Positions 49,395 to 61,228 of a stretch of 64,000 bases of DNA are shown one piece after another (the stretch's first letter is position 1; every line of letters starts with the position of its first letter). Position numbers and translations under genes: made by a program. Origin of the DNA: Octopus sinensis (Eukaryota). The notes under the pieces are model-generated. The model made no database searches. It was not told the DNA's origin and saw only the letters and a program-made list of their open reading frames with translations. Location: assembly GCF_006345805.1 (NCBI RefSeq), contig NC_043001.1:72044001-72108000 (forward strand), in the 5' to 3' direction.

Positions 49395-50448
49395 CCCTTT
49401 CGTTACTATATTTCTGATCAAAATATGTGTTTCAATTAATTTCTAACATAATTATAAATTTAGTCTGGTTTCATTAAACAACTATAACTTTTTTATTTAT
49501 CAATATATTAACGTGAATTTTGGAAGATAATTTAATGAAATGTTCTCAACCAATTCTATACTATAATTTTTGTCACAAAGTGACTCTAATTGCAGGTAGA
49601 TACAGGTAAATTCAACAAAATATAAAATTATTAAAATTTTGTTCAAACATCGCTATAGAAAATAGGTTATTAGCTAATATTCAATTGGGTATACAACAAA
49701 ATTTTACGAAAGAATTTGTTATTCTGGGTAACTTTCTGATACCCATAATAATATTTATGGCAAAATAGTCTTAATTTCATTTAGGGTTATGGGAAACCAC
49801 TAACTATCATTTCTTTCGTTTTGTTTACATTTAGCGGTTCGTTTCTGCCGTAATGATTTCAAATAGGCTCATTCGAAAAAGTAAAAAGAAATAGTCTAAG
49901 GCTTTACTCTTCTGGGAATGTCTGTGGCTTGGTCCAGTTTCTTCAGAAAAATCACCGAAAGAAACAGTTTTTAAATTTTCACTCCATTCAGGTGCCAATT
50001 CATTTTCTTTATCGCTGTCGGAGCTCTCGGATTCACTGTTTTCACTTTCGGAAAATGAAACATCGGATTCATTATCAAATACCTCATGCTTTTTTTTTTT
50101 TCAGTCATAGAGTTAGATTTATGAAGGTCTTCAGTAGAAAATCCTTCGAGTTCTGACTCGCTGCTTGATATAATGAAATTCGTATCCATTTTTTGTCAGA
50201 ATTACAAATTTTGAAAACACAATAGGAACAAATTTCGGAAAAAAATCTCCCAAAATTCACGGAATTAAAATTACACTTTGATTTTTGTACAAAACTGTAG
50301 TTGAACTGTTTACGAAGTATAATACGTATTTTCACGAATGTACTAAAGAGATTTGCTCTGATATTCTCATTTAAATATGAATAGGTAAATTTGGGCAGTT
50401 TGGTCACATTAACCAAAATCTTTTTCGGGCGGTTTGGTAACGAAAGGG
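49395..50448 (-). mobile_element. Non-autonomous piggyBac-like element (1054 bp)
   Basis: TTAA|CCCTTTCGTTAC ... GTAACGAAAGGG|TTAA, a perfect 12-bp TIR; short acidic minus-strand ORF (ISSSESELEGFS) resembles a transposase N-terminus. Confidence 0.85.
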
Positions 50449-50461
50449 TTAAGAGATGAAG

Positions 50462-51607
50462 AATTATTTACATTTGATGGATATTTGTCCTCATCTAGTT
50501 TGTTGTTAACAAGCATGACCTTTGAACTTTAGGCCTCACCAAGGAAATGACTAGTGACCGAGACCTTTGGAAATATGCTGTGCTTGAGAAGACCCAGCAA
50601 GCCAAATGAGACCATAACCTCGTGGCCTATGCCAGGAGCGTAACCAGCCCACTTATGCATACCTTTTCCTTCTTTGGACACTAAACTCTGCTTGCGAAGA
50701 CCTGTTGAGGCAAGTGAAATCAAAATCAAATTCGATGACTGGCATCCATGCTAGTGGGGTGCAAAGAGCACCATACGAGTGTGATCGTTGACAGAGCGGC
50801 TAACTGGCTTCCGTGCCAGTGGCACATTAAAGGCAGCATTCGAGTGTGATCGTTGCCTTACTGGCACTAGTGCCCATGCTAGTAGGGTGCCAAGAGCACC
50901 ATCCGAGCGTGATCGTTGCCAGAGCAGCTAACTGGCTTCCATGCCGGTAGCACGTAAAAGGCACCATTCGAGCAGGATCGTTACCAGCGTCGCCTTACTG
51001 GCACCTGTACCGGTGGCATGTGGAAAAAGATTTGAGTGAGGTCGTTGCCATTACCGCCTGACTGGCCCCTGTGCCGGTGGCACGTAAAAAGCACCCACTA
51101 CACTCTCGGAGTGGTTGGCATTAGGAAGGGCATCAAGCTGTAGAAACTCTGCCAGATCAAGATTGGAGCCTGGTGCAGCCATCTGGTTCGCCAGCCCTCA
51201 GTCAAAATCGTCCAACCCATGCTAGCATGAAAAGTGGAAGTTAAACGATGATGATGATGATGACAACTTTTCGGCTGATATGCCCTCCAGCCTTCATCAG
51301 GTGTCTTGGGGAAATTTCGAACCTGGGTTCTAATTCCTAGGGTATTTTTCGATGTTATTATTCAGGTCACTACCTGGAATCAAACTCGGGATCTTGGGGT
51401 TAAGAGCGCGGGCTACTAACCCCAAGATTCCGAAATCGATTCCAGGCAGTGACCTGAATACTAATAATAATAATAACAACAACAACAACTCAAAAAATAC
51501 CTTAGGAATGAGAACCCAGGTTCGAAATTTCCCCAAGACACTTGATGAAGGCTGGAGGGTTGTGTTACCAACAGACGAGGGCAAATATCCATCAAATGTA
51601 AATAATT
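50462..51607. mobile_element. Second copy of the tRNA-head/hammerhead fold-back element, interrupted by an RTE insertion
   Basis: Arms start aattatttacatttgatgg and end ccatcaaatgtaaataatt; the central junction ggggtta-agagcgcgggctac-taacccc is the same as at 31.5 kb; hammerhead core on the minus strand at 51263-51306. Confidence 0.85.
50511..51262 (+). mobile_element. 5'-truncated RTE LINE 3' end, nested in the fold-back element
   Basis: KHDL(R)TLGLTKEMT..RDLWKYAV tail, 3' UTR repeats, ends gttaaac(GAT)n. Confidence 0.9.
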
Positions 51608-52373
51608 TCAATCCATTTTAATTTTGGAGCTCTCTCCTTTGTCCAGCCAATTTTCATTAAGGCTAGTGGTTTCAATTAAAAGTTCTTTTTGTCTCACTGC
51701 ATTTAATTTTAAGTACAATTGAATTTAATGTTTTGTTTTTTTAACTGGGACATCACAGTAACTTGGTAAGCTTTCAACTTTGATGAAATAACAATAAATT
51801 ATTAAATAAAAATTAACTCGTATTATACAATAATAACACTGTAACACGATTTTTATCCTTGGGTAGTAAGTTTCCCATTTGCTTACCCATAGAAAGTATG
51901 AAAAAATGGCTAATATTTCCTTCAAACTTTGCTTTTATTACATTTATTCAAACCTCAAAGAATCCTTCTCAACACATGTTTGTGATGCCCTCTCTTTACT
52001 CCTCATGATCAGAGATGCACATATTGTCAGCCACTAAGGGACATGCTTAAGTGTTTAAGGTCAAGTAACTGACAAGCAAGTCCATGGTATTGAGCAGAAT
52101 ATTTGCTATAATATTTCTGTTTCTACAACTCAGCACTGAATCTGCCTGAAATGTAATGGAAAATAGGTCAGTTTCAAAATATTGATGTCCAAGTCACAAA
52201 AGCAAAGTTTGAAGTGAATAGTAGTAATTTCTTTTGATTTCTAGATAGAAACAAATGATTGATTAATTGGTTAGATATTTAACCACTTAACTAACAAGAA
52301 AGAAATTATATTGAACCAACATGTGTGTTTATTATTATTGACATAAACTCTTCGAGTGAGTTTAACTATTATA

Positions 52374-53214
52374 CATGGTTTGATCAATAAGTATCCAGAC
52401 TGTTGCTATAGTAACGATACTAAAGCATGTAGAGTGAAGCTGCTTGGCATAGATTGACTTTAAATTTTGCTGTGCATGATCACTTCTGCTGTTTACAGAA
52501 GTACTTGGAGGAAGGTGTGTAACATTGACTATGACAGAGAATTTGCATCAAATTTTACCAAAAGCTTGGCAATATCTGTTCAGTGACCTATGCAGTGTTT
52601 TGAAAAAGTTTTCGTTGTTCTCAACATAATCAAGATCTTGTGCAACTGAAACCTGAGTGTCCTTTTGGTCAGCTGAAAGCAGTTTTGGCACAAACTTAAC
52701 AGATACACATCTCATACCCAAATCTTCAGTGATAATGGATTGAGCTGAACTGTAACTAATCCGCACATCCTCTGATAACTCACAGATGGTGATTCAGGGA
52801 TTTCCCCTCACAGCTGCATGCACAACTGCGATGTTTTTCTCAGTTCTGCTGGTTGTCGTTCTCCCTGAATGTTCATCAATATTGACATTTTTCAGCCATC
52901 TTGGAAACATCTGAACCGCTCGTACACTTGGGTATGGCTCATACATCCCTTTCCATACCCTTTCTGCAACTTTGCATAGGCCTCTGAGCAGGTATCGCCA
53001 TGACAACATTCTCTGTCATGGTCAATGCAACAATTACATGCTACACATCTTCCTTCCTAGCACTGCTGTAAGCAGCAGAAGTGAGCTAGAACATTAAACT
53101 TAGTGCACATGCACGGCACTGCTCAAGGTCAATATGTGGCAAGCGGTTTCACTCTACGTGCTTTAGCTTAGTTTCTATGGCAACAGTCTGGATACTTATT
53201 AATTAAACCTCACA
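52374..53214 (-). mobile_element. Decayed, internally deleted mariner with long TIRs
   Basis: TIR ggtttgatcaataagtatccagactgttgc... matches the reverse complement of the right end; minus-strand relic LGMRCVSVKFVPKLLSADQK (mariner WVPxxL-like). Confidence 0.85.
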
Positions 53215-55203
53215 TAAGTGAAACACTTGTATTTAGTATACAGAATGCAACCATTGGTGTTAGGGAAAGAAAGAAGAGAACAAAGCACAGCAGATCAGTT
53301 GGCAAAGTGGAAGTACAGTGTGTTTTGACAAGCTGCTGCCACCAAAATTTCAGGCCTGTGCCTAAAATATAAAGGATTAATGAATGTGTGTGCTCATGTA
53401 TCTAAACATCTTCAACAAAGGTGCAGGAGTGGCTGTGTGGTAAGTAGATTGCTTACCAACCACATGGTTCCGGGCTCAGTCCCACTGCGTGGCATGTTGG
53501 GCAAGTGTCTTCTACTATAGCCTCGGGCTGACCAAAGTCTTGAGTGGATTTGGTAGACGGAAACTGAAAGAAGCCCATCGTATATATGTATATATATATA
53601 TATGCGTGTGTATGTGTCTGTGTTTGTCCCCCTAGCATTGCTTGACAACCGATGCTGGTGTGTCTACGTCGCCGTCACTTAGCGGTTCAGCAAAAGAGAC
53701 CAATAGAATAAGTACTGGGCTTACAAAGTAAAAGTCCTGGGGTCGATTTGCTCGACTAAAGTCGGTGCTCCAGCATGGCCGCAGTCAAATGACTGAAACA
53801 AGTAAAAGAGTAAATATGTACGGTCACATGATACAATTCAACATTACAGTAAGAGTAACACTCAACATCAAGGTTTACAAAACAGAAAGAAACAAGTAGA
53901 GATTTGAGACAAGGGAGAATTAAAACAAATTATCTGTTGATGTCAGCTGAAGATGATATACTATTCATTGTTGTGAGAGGATCTGTAATGTAATGTGACT
54001 TAAACCAATAGAGTGGCTTGAAAGACCACAAATTTGAAGACACCTTGGTCAGCAGTCATACTAATGTTACCAGAAGTGATATCCAAACAACAACTTGTTC
54101 TTTCTTGTACATAGTGAGTGATAGAGAGACAGGAGATAAAGGGACAGTTATATTTTTTTATTTTTATAATTTTTGCTTGCTAGGTCTGAAGAAAGGGACA
54201 GTGCATACAGCTTATGCAGGCCCGCCTAGACCAGTGGGTTTGACACCATCAATGTTCCTCTTAAACTTTTACAAGTAAACACTGTGCAGGTAGAACATAA
54301 ATAGGATGTGAAATCAAGAGATCTGACGTTCTGGGGAGAAAGAACTGGGGGCATTGGTAAGCATGGGGTAGGAGAGGGGTGGTGAAACAGTACAGAGGTG
54401 ATGAGAAGAGGAGATAAAAGTTGATAGGGAATTCCTAGGTGTAGATCTGGGCAGGAGCATTTGAAGGCTCCAGGTTGGAGATAAGAAAAAACCTGAAAAA
54501 ATTATATACATTGTAGAGAGAAGGTAGTTCCAGAATGATAAGAGAATTTCCGAGAGTATAGAATAGTGAGGACACATAGTATTAGGGAAGTAATCATGTC
54601 ATGGATTCTCCATTGGTCTCGACGATGAGCATTCAGTTGTGCAACCAACTGGATTCCTACTGGTGAAACGAGGAGAATCAAATACAGCCCAATAGGGCTG
54701 GTAATTTATTAATCGAAGCACAAGGTATTTTATCCAACACTCTACTGACTCGGTTGATTGATTACTAAATAGGGAATACAGAATTATGGAAAATATGGGT
54801 TTGTGGAGATTATAAATTTATGATGCTTACATGACAAAGCAGGGGCGTTAGATCATAGCATAGAATTACTTGTATTTTTCCCCGACACTGCGCTCTGAAT
54901 TCAAATCCCGTCAAGGCCACCTTTGCCTTTCATCCCTACGAGATCAATAATTATTATGTCGCTCAAATACTGAGAACGGTTTCTCCTTTCTTTTGAAATT
55001 AGTGGACACGTTGGAAAATAAACATTATTGATTTTTTTTTAATTAATATAGGTGAATAAAAGAATGGAAAAGTGTTATACCCATTATAAATCATTAAACT
55101 GTTATTTAATCGCAGCTGCGATCGACATTTTTTCTACAGTATTTTCTTTATGGAGCCCTGTATTAAGGAATACATTATTTCTAAAAGCGAAGAGTAATGA
55201 GCC

Positions 55204-55217
55204 GTTACCATGACAAC
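55204..55217. promoter_or_regulatory. RFX X-box motif
   Basis: GTTACC-AT-GACAAC fits the RTHNYY-WT-RRNRAC consensus; lies ~360 bp upstream of the candidate ATG at 55580. Confidence 0.55.
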
Positions 55218-55579
55218 AGAGTAGCGCAACAAGAAACAAGGGAGATAAGTGTTTGAAATTATACTGTTTCATGATTTCTGCTTAAGTATAGGTTTAAATA
55301 TTATTAAACAGACAACTATTGATATCCTAATCTATTCGCTAAAAGGATTTTATTTCTAAAATCCTTTTAGTGAATTTTAGAAAAACTATCGAAAGTACTC
55401 ATTGACTTGCCGTAAAGTCAGACATTTCATCTCTATTTCCTTATATTTTATTTATTTAGCATTCCAGGTAAGTTTTCGGGACTTCCACCAGGACAGAGGA
55501 TAGGAATTAGCAGAGTTATATAGAGCGATATATATAAACTAACGACTCTTTAAATCGAGCATCAACATTTTATTTAACG

Positions 55580-55687
55580 ATGCCATTGTCATTCTTCACT
55601 AAAAGTTTTGTTTCTAAGAATACAGCGAAGGCTGACAATGGGATAAAGTCATCTCGACGGAAAAGGCGCTTAATCTCCAGATCTCAG
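55580..55687 (+). CDS. Candidate first coding exon of an unidentified gene (MPLSFFTKSFVSKNTAKADNGIKSSRRKRRLISRSQ)
   Basis: acgATG context; ends CAG|GTAAAT in phase 0, compatible with the next two candidate exons. Confidence 0.45.
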
Positions 55688-56555
55688 GTAAATAAACAAC
55701 CAGTTTATTTTATTAACTTCAGTTTCTTCATCACCACTATCAACCTCAACGGAAATGTGTTTCTTTAGATGTCATATTCATTTTTAATTTGTATCAATTA
55801 GTCTAGTTTTTCCATGCTCTTCTCGGAGATGATGGGGATGTTAAATGAGTGCAGTCAGAAAAATTTCAAGCTATTGTCATCGATGAATTAACAGATTCGT
55901 TATAACTATTTCCATTTACGGCCATTTAAGTTCGAGTTCATATTCTCCCAAGGTTAACTTTGTCGTCTTGGGTCAATAAAATTAATACCAAATAACTACA
56001 CAGTTACATATCCCCAAATGTGTGGTCTTGTGTCCAAGTTAGACTGTTAGAGATCAATAATTTTGAATTACTGGTGGTCTGAGAAAAAGGAACTAAAATA
56101 GAAACCCATCTTAATGTTCTGACAAAGAAATATTATAAAAGTATTTTATGTATGCAGTTAATATCGAAACAAAAACGTAAAGAAAAGGAATTTTTCAGCT
56201 TAACATATTTTTCTAGCAGTTTTATATTCATGGTTAGAATTGTTTTTTTTTGTTTTTTTTTTTGCTTGTTTTCATTTTATTTTCAAATTTAGATATTAGC
56301 ATGGGTTTTTAAGTCATTCTGTGTTTATACCTAAAATACCTAAATACAATTGCCAATGTAACCCGTCGTTAAAATGTATTCCCAAACTGCTTTCCGGCAT
56401 TTGTTCCAAGTTCTCTATAGCATGAGCTCAAATCTCGCCAAGGCCAACTTCATCTTTCTCCGACGAGTTGTAATGCACCTGAGCACTGTATGCAATAAGC
56501 TTATTATGTTACTCATGAGCCAAATTCCCGCCGAAGTCAACTTTGCTCTTCAACC

Positions 56556-57595
56556 TGTAGTGAACGACCGTACGTAAAGGAGTTGGTGACAGAAATGTTT
56601 CCTTTTAAACGCCGCACGATCGCCCTAACAAAGAAGAGAGCCAAATAAATGGTATAAAGAGTAAGAGTGCCAGTAAAGAATGAGGAAAACACAACCGTTC
56701 TACTGTTTGAGAGAAAGAAGACTTTATTTACAGATGTGTACAATAATGATAAGAGCGTGTGTGGGAGCTAGCAGAGTGTACGTTTGAGTGCGTGTGACAA
56801 GTGTTTGTGTCTGTGTGTTCGTGTAAGTGTGTACAAAAGAACAAACAAGGTGTATGCGTGTAAGACAAAATACAGAGCATAGAAAGAGTCTCAGGATATT
56901 TCAGACAAGATGGAGTTAATTACCAGTTCCGTGTATGAAACGCCATAGCAGTGGTTCTGTATCAAGGAGGTCGGTGGTCACAAGTGCAGATGATGGTTGA
57001 ATACACATCGTGTAGCAATTGTGGCTTCGATGCTGTGCCAAAGTAATTTGGCACAGAAGATCTCGCAGATAGAGCTGAGTTGTTAACCTTGGTGAGTATC
57101 ACAAACAGTGTGAAAGTTAAACCTGAGTGGGTTGCAGTGTACGTATTGGTGAAGTCGACGGTGGTGATGGCGACTGTAGAGAAAGGCAATGTTGAGATGA
57201 AGTTGATGGTGGTGGAAAAACGTTGGTAGAGATTCTGCATGTTGGTGTCGTTGCGGGAAGATGGCTGGGTTGCTGGAACTGGATGTTTGGTTTGTCGCTA
57301 GCTGCTGTATGGTCAATGGTCAGAGACCAAAGATCGAGATATAGCGAATGCTGGGGCCTTTTAAAGCAGAAGGTGGGCTCTAGTGAATACCCAAAAAGAC
57401 TGTATCATGGGACCTTATCCAAAGGTTCTGATTGGTTGGTTTATGCAATGGTGCGAAATAAAACTGCACCAAAACCAACCAATCAGAGTAGTGGACGCAA
57501 CTGAGCCTAAGCAGCCGAAAGATGGCTGCTAACTGACACGACATCATTTCTATGATCTCTCTCAAACAGTGAAGATATCACCGAGCTATGCTACA
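56556..57595 (-). mobile_element. Solo LTR (family 1), inserted into a SINE
   Basis: TGTAG...CTACA termini; perfect TSD AACC (56552-56555, 57596-57599); homologous to 7204-8159. Confidence 0.9.
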
Positions 57596-58379
57596 AACCT
57601 TTCTGAGTCGATAAAATAAGTATCAGTTAAACAATAGGATCGATATAATTGACTAACCCCCTCCCTCTAAAATTGCGTGCCTTGTACCGGTTAGCTGGAA
57701 GAAACATTTGCATGCCGGACAAGACCCATACAGTCCTTCTATGCGTCCAAAATACTATTCCAGCCCCTCACTAGTACTAAAGTGTGAGACATTCCCAGGA
57801 ATGTTTCCAGATGCCTGTCAGAGCATACACAGCCACTAATCTAAAGGTTCCACCTTCACCGCCATTCACATCTAAGACCACCAATCTATCGCCTGGGTCC
57901 AAGAAGATTGCCCTTACTTTGAGACCTAAGGATTTTCAGAATAATACTGCTACACTGCTGCCTGCTCCCGACATACCATAAGACGAGAATACTTCATAAT
58001 CTTTGAAAATGAATGCAAGAGCATGTTTCCTGGCAATTCTCGTTGGAAAGACTTCTGTCCTCATTTTCTCCTACATTTGTTTATTTAAAAAATTTTTTTG
58101 CCAAAAATCCTGGCAAGCTTGCTCTTCTTCTGCTCCAGACAACACACAATACTCCAAAACCTTACAGGTTATTAGAGAACTGATCCGTCAGGGACCGTTC
58201 TTCTTCACGAAACTATTCTACAGGGAGAACCAGACGTCGTTCCTTCTCGCACAGATGCGTGCTTCCTGCTCCACCAATTTGTTGATACCATAGGAAATTC
58301 AAGAACTAGGCTGAAAAGTGTACACAGCCCTGCTCTTACTCTTCTCAGGGAAACTAGGCTGGGAGGCACTAGGCACATC

Positions 58380-59340
58380 AGTTGTCTCCCCCATTGATTC
58401 ACCTTACCGTGCATTTTTTATCCGTCTGGCCCCGAAGGTTTACTTCCACTAATCCTGGTCCTTCCGACATATCTCTCTACAAGGTAATCACTCCACCATT
58501 AAAACCTACACTGAATTTATCACTCCGTAGGAATTTCAAGTGGATCTTCATCATTGCTGACCTGCCACCAATGCTTCCTCATGACTTGTCTATTTCTTCT
58601 ACAGTACCTCCAGATATTTCTACTTGGACTTATGTGTTTGTAAGAAATGATGCCGTCAAGGGACTGCTCACACCTCCCTACACTGGTCCCTATCGTGTTC
58701 TTAGAAGCACACCGAAACTATTCATTGTGGATATTCATGGGGAAAAAAGAGACTGTCTCTGTCGACAGAGTAAAAAAAAAAAGCCTTTTCCAAAACATTC
58801 ATGCCATTTGCTGACACACCCATCATTCTACAAACACTGCCACCCCCACCCCCACAAGCATCACCTCTACTCACCAAAAAACCAACTACACAAATGCATT
58901 CTTCACCCTACAGGACACATTCTGCCAGATCAGTTCATTGGCTGAAGAAATTGTCTCAAACTATTTACATTTCTTAATTTTGCCTTGCCAGTGACTGTTC
59001 TGGAGAATAGACTCATGCTTGTTATAGACACCGCATTCATATTTTCTCTTTCTGTACCATTGTACATATATACCTTGTTCTATTTGATTGGAGACATTTC
59101 TTTGCTGAATGTTTTTTCCCTGTACATACTTGCATTGTATTTTTCAATTGTTCTGCCTTAATTCGGATTCTGTGTATTACACATTTTGTTCTCTACAAGA
59201 ACGGATATTTTTCTGCATGTTTCCTCAAAATTTGTTCATACAACTGTCTTGCCATGGTTCATTCTTCTGTGCCCTTCTATCGCACACATACTTCGCCTAC
59301 CTTACTTTTGTTTGACTGGTTCTGGTCTAAGGGGCCCCCC
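58380..59340 (+). mobile_element. Gypsy/Ty3 integrase C-terminal relic and 3' region
   Basis: TYVFVRNDAVKGLLTPPYTGPYRVL (GPY/F motif), then after a frameshift KETVSVDRVKK; a purine run before TGTTGG at 59341 may be a PPT/LTR junction. Confidence 0.8.
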
Positions 59341-59760
59341 TGTTGGCGCAGTTATCTCCCCTGACAGTTGCTGCCTAAATTAGCTGGCCACAAGAGAGTA
59401 CACTCAGCGCTAAGGTTCGGACACTAATTAACTTCCTCTTTCTCATCAAGATGCCAGCCCATGAAGACATGACCTAGCTGGCTCTTATATACACCCAGAC
59501 AGCTAGATGACATGAGGTAGTACACAAAAGATGAACATGGCCCTTCATTTATGAATTCTTTCCATTGTCATTCAACTTGTATATATTTGAGATCCAGAGT
59601 AAAGTATTTAAAGTTACAGCTTTGTTCTATGAATTCATTGTACTGTATTTCTTTATTGAATGACATATTACAGCCTTCTGAACAGAGTCATCATTAGATG
59701 GCTTCACAGTGAGAACAGCACCATCTAAACCTTGTATTTTCACACTTAATACTCTATGTA

Positions 59761-60997
59761 TGAGAGTTAGCTGAAAAGTTCATAGGCTGACCAAGCTACT
59801 CTCATGGAATAAGATTTATTTTTCCACATAGTCCCCATTATGGCCCACACACTTCTTCCATCGGTGTCGCAGTGATACCATTGATTCATCCTGTTGGTCA
59901 AAAAAGTCATCATCACTGCAATACTAGTTGTCAGCCAAGTGTTTTTTCATGTTGGGGAACAGATGATTGTCAAATGGGGCAAAATCAAGAAAATAGGGAG
60001 GGTAATCAACCAGTTCAAAGTCACAGTCATGCACAACGACCTTTGAACCCAAGGACTTGTGTGCTGGAACATTGTCCTGGTGGGACAAAACCCCCTTTGT
60101 TAGTTTTCCTGGGTGTTTGGTCTTGATAGCCTTTCACAAAAGCCTCAACTAATTGAAATAGTACTCGCCATTGATGGTGTAGCCCTTTTAAAGATAGTTA
60201 ATAAACACAATGCCTTTTGTATCTCAAAAACTGAGACCATCACCATCCTAGTAAATGAAACAACTTCAGCCTTCTTTGGAGCAGGTGAGGAAGGTGTTTC
60301 CACTGCATGAATTGTCTCTTTGTCCTGGATTAAAGTGATGGCCCCAACACTCATCCTGGCTCAGAAAACGTTCAAGGAAACCAGCTGGATCTGCCTGAAA
60401 CAACGTCAGATTTCCCCATGGTGTGATCAGTCTGGTGTGCTTTAGATAAAGTGCCAGAAATTTTCGTCATGGCAAATTCATTGTGCAGAATATTCTCAAC
60501 TCTCTTATGGGATATGCTATTTGACTATAAATCAAATAGCAATGCTATTTGATTTATAGTCAGTTGCCTGTCATCCATCACCTTGTGGTGAACACAATCG
60601 ATATTTTCCTTGGTAGTGGAAGTTGCAAGACGTCCAGACCTTGGGACATCTTCAAGGCTCTCTGTTCCCCTCATAAATTCAGCTATGCATTATGCACTGT
60701 TGATGAAGCCGGGGTGTCATCCCCTAATATAGCAATGATGTCAGCTTGAATGTCCTTGGGGACTAAACCCTTTTTTCTGGAGGTACTTGATAACACCACG
60801 ATGCCTAAGTTCGTCCATTTTCAAGAGAAGTCACTACTAGTTAGTTTTGAAGACTTCTTTGAAAAGTTAGATGTCAGTTTACTTGAGAAGAAACAATACA
60901 GTTATTAATAAGCAGACTGAAATTAAAGCATGTGAGATTTCACAGCTCTAGCATCACTCTTTCATAGTCTGCCAATGAACTTTTCAGCCCACCCTCG
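59761..60997 (-). mobile_element. Decayed full-length mariner transposon
   Basis: TA|tgagagttagctgaaaagttcat ... atgaacttttcagcccaccctcg|TA; minus-strand relic SSPAPKKAEVVSFTRMVMVSVF. Confidence 0.87.
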
Positions 60998-61228
60998 TAG
61001 TATATACACTCTTTATTAGGCTTTATTATACTAATATCATTTATTATATACATCCCTATGTTAATCATCATTTTGGTGAAAATGTATGTATAATACTTGG
61101 AATTTTACAGTAATTAAAATGACGTTTGCAGTTGATGATAGAGAGATATCAAGATTTAATGACTCATCTAAATGAAATCTAGTTGAGGGAGAGGGGAGAC
61201 AACTCCGGAATTTAAATTAGATTTAAAA

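Noticed and set aside
20759-50448. Both piggyBac-like elements (20759-21812 and 49395-50448) measure exactly 1054 bp
   Set aside because: Their TIRs (CACTAG vs CCCTTT) and internal sequences are unrelated, so I treat this as coincidence.
54622-54750. C/D-box snoRNA candidate (ACGATGA ... CTGA)
   Set aside because: The C box is imperfect, there is no terminal stem, and I see no recognisable guide sequence.
59341-59526. Short TG...CA segment as the 3' LTR of the Gypsy relic
   Set aside because: No matching 5' LTR or TSD was found, and its TATA-like signal points the opposite way; left unassigned.
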